Below, one piece after another: positions 62,501 through 64,000 of a DNA stretch of 64,000 bases. The DNA is from Tubulanus polymorphus. Its lineage: Eukaryota > Animalia > Nemertea. The notes beneath the pieces were generated by a model. That model was given only the letters and a program-made list of their open reading frames with translations. It was not told the DNA's origin and did not search any database. The number at the start of each line of letters is the position of its first letter. Position 1 is the stretch's first letter. The position numbers were made by a program, and so were the translations under genes. The stretch spans positions 18,810,560-18,874,559 of the forward strand of contig NC_134027.1 in the NCBI RefSeq assembly GCF_964204645.1, written 5' to 3'.

Positions 62501-64000
62501 CCTCACGTGGTCCAGCACACGGAGGACGCGGTTCGGACGACGAATCGATAGACACCGAACTACACGTTGCAGCTCGTTCGCCGCAACGTCGGCATATCCG
62601 AGTGACTAACTCGACATTCGGCGAAATCCCCGAGCCTTGGGACCTGACAGAGCTGAAAACGACGAGGATCTGGGGTGGCTCATTGAACTTCAGCGCGAAT
62701 GAAAACCAAGACCTCATTGGCAAGACGTATCACCAAAAAGCACTCAAGCGAAACGCTATTGGTCCGAGTGGGACTTACTTCAGATCAAGGATGACATACT
62801 TTTCCGCGAGTGTAGACCTCACCGAGCTGGGTTTTCCCAACTAGTTGTCCCCCCACCATTCCGCCGGACCGTATTCAACCAACTTCATTCTGGCAGCGTC
62901 GGGGGTCACCAAGGAATCGAGAAAACGCTGTCCAAGGTGCAGCAACGGTACTCCTGGCCAGAGATGCGTGACGACATCGATCTGTGGGTAAAACAATGCG
63001 AGGTGTGTCCCAGGAAGAAACCGCCACCGAAAAGATATCAGGCGGAATTGCAGTCGTACAATGTTGGATCCCCCATATGGAAAGAGTAGCGGTCGATATC
63101 ATGGGCCCTCTGCAGGAAACCACGGCAGGGAACCAATACATCATAGTCATAACTGACTACTTCACAAAATGGGTGGAATGTTACGCTGTACCGGACATCG
63201 AGGCCAAGACGGTAGCTGACAAGCTTGTGACCGAATTCTTTAGTCGTTTCGGAGTGCCGAGGGAGCAACACTCAGACCAAGGCTCGAACTTCCAGTCCCA
63301 CCTTTTCCGCGAAATTTGTACCCTGCTGGGGATGCATCAAACCAGGTGCAGCCCCTACCGTCCACAAAGCGACGGCATGGTGGAACGTTTCAATCAGAGC
63401 CTTAAAGCAATGTTGTCCCTAACAACGACTGACGACCTTTTTGATTGGGACTTACAACTTCCCTTCGTCTCGATGGCTTATCGTTCGGCCCGTCACACCA
63501 CTACGAAAGCGTCGCCGAACTACCTGATGCTTCTGAGAGAGATCGATCTACCCTTAGAGACTTGATCGTCGGACTCCCTCCGATCGGTATCCATCGATAA
63601 ACGACTACACTGCCAGCGTACGAACCCGAATGGAAACGGCACACAGAGATGCTCGGAAGGCGCTCCTGAAGAACACATCGCGACAGAAAGCACTTTACGA
63701 CCAAAAACGGCACGGGAAACCCTACAACGCTAGCGATCGGGTTTGGCTCTACCACCCCAATTGACGGACGGAAATCCAACCCGCAAACTCCAGTTGAACT
63801 GGACCGGGCCGTATACCGTAATGAAACGACTCAGACGCCCTGTATGAGGTCATGACAAGCTGTCCAGCGCTCCAAAGATCGTGCACTTTGATCGACTAAA
63901 ACCGTAGTTAGGAGTGCAATACCGATCTCTACTGACAGTCGTGCCCGAAACAGACGAAATGACGATGACAGACGATAGAGAGGCTAGACGTAAACTCAGC

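Larger units (their letters stand above)
57517..64000 (+). mobile_element. Degenerate Ty3/Gypsy element running off the window end
   Basis: Candidate LTR from TGTAGTAA (57517) to ~59600, split by a LINE; gag PDRYDG...LKGKAQ; PR GILGMDFL; RT YLDD (61121-61909); RH CDAS; IN DIMGP/SDQG/VERFN; WTGPY at ~63800. Left boundary uncertain. Confidence 0.88.

Overview
This 64 kb window is gene-free, transposon-saturated animal DNA, most likely from an aquatic invertebrate (host not identifiable from the sequence). It holds at least five BEL/Pao LTR retrotransposons or fragments (two nested), two Ty3/Gypsy elements, three LINE remnants, a Penelope-like fragment, a THAP/Kolobok-like transposase relic, four Helentron-type (HINE) tandem-repeat elements, several MITE or foldback elements, and an AT-rich virus-like relic. 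The standout is an intact 10.9 kb minus-strand Gypsy element at 25145-36062, with LTRs identical by eye and a 4-bp TSD. It has a short Gag with no matrix region, a GGGAAAC -1 frameshift into Pol, and an integrase ending in a canonical chromodomain. It also has a 903-aa F-type envelope ORF that runs about 290 aa past the normal anchor into what looks like a second, signal-peptide-released membrane protein ending in a LYPxL late-domain motif. All calls come from reading by eye and from the ORF track; no database searches or folding computations were run.
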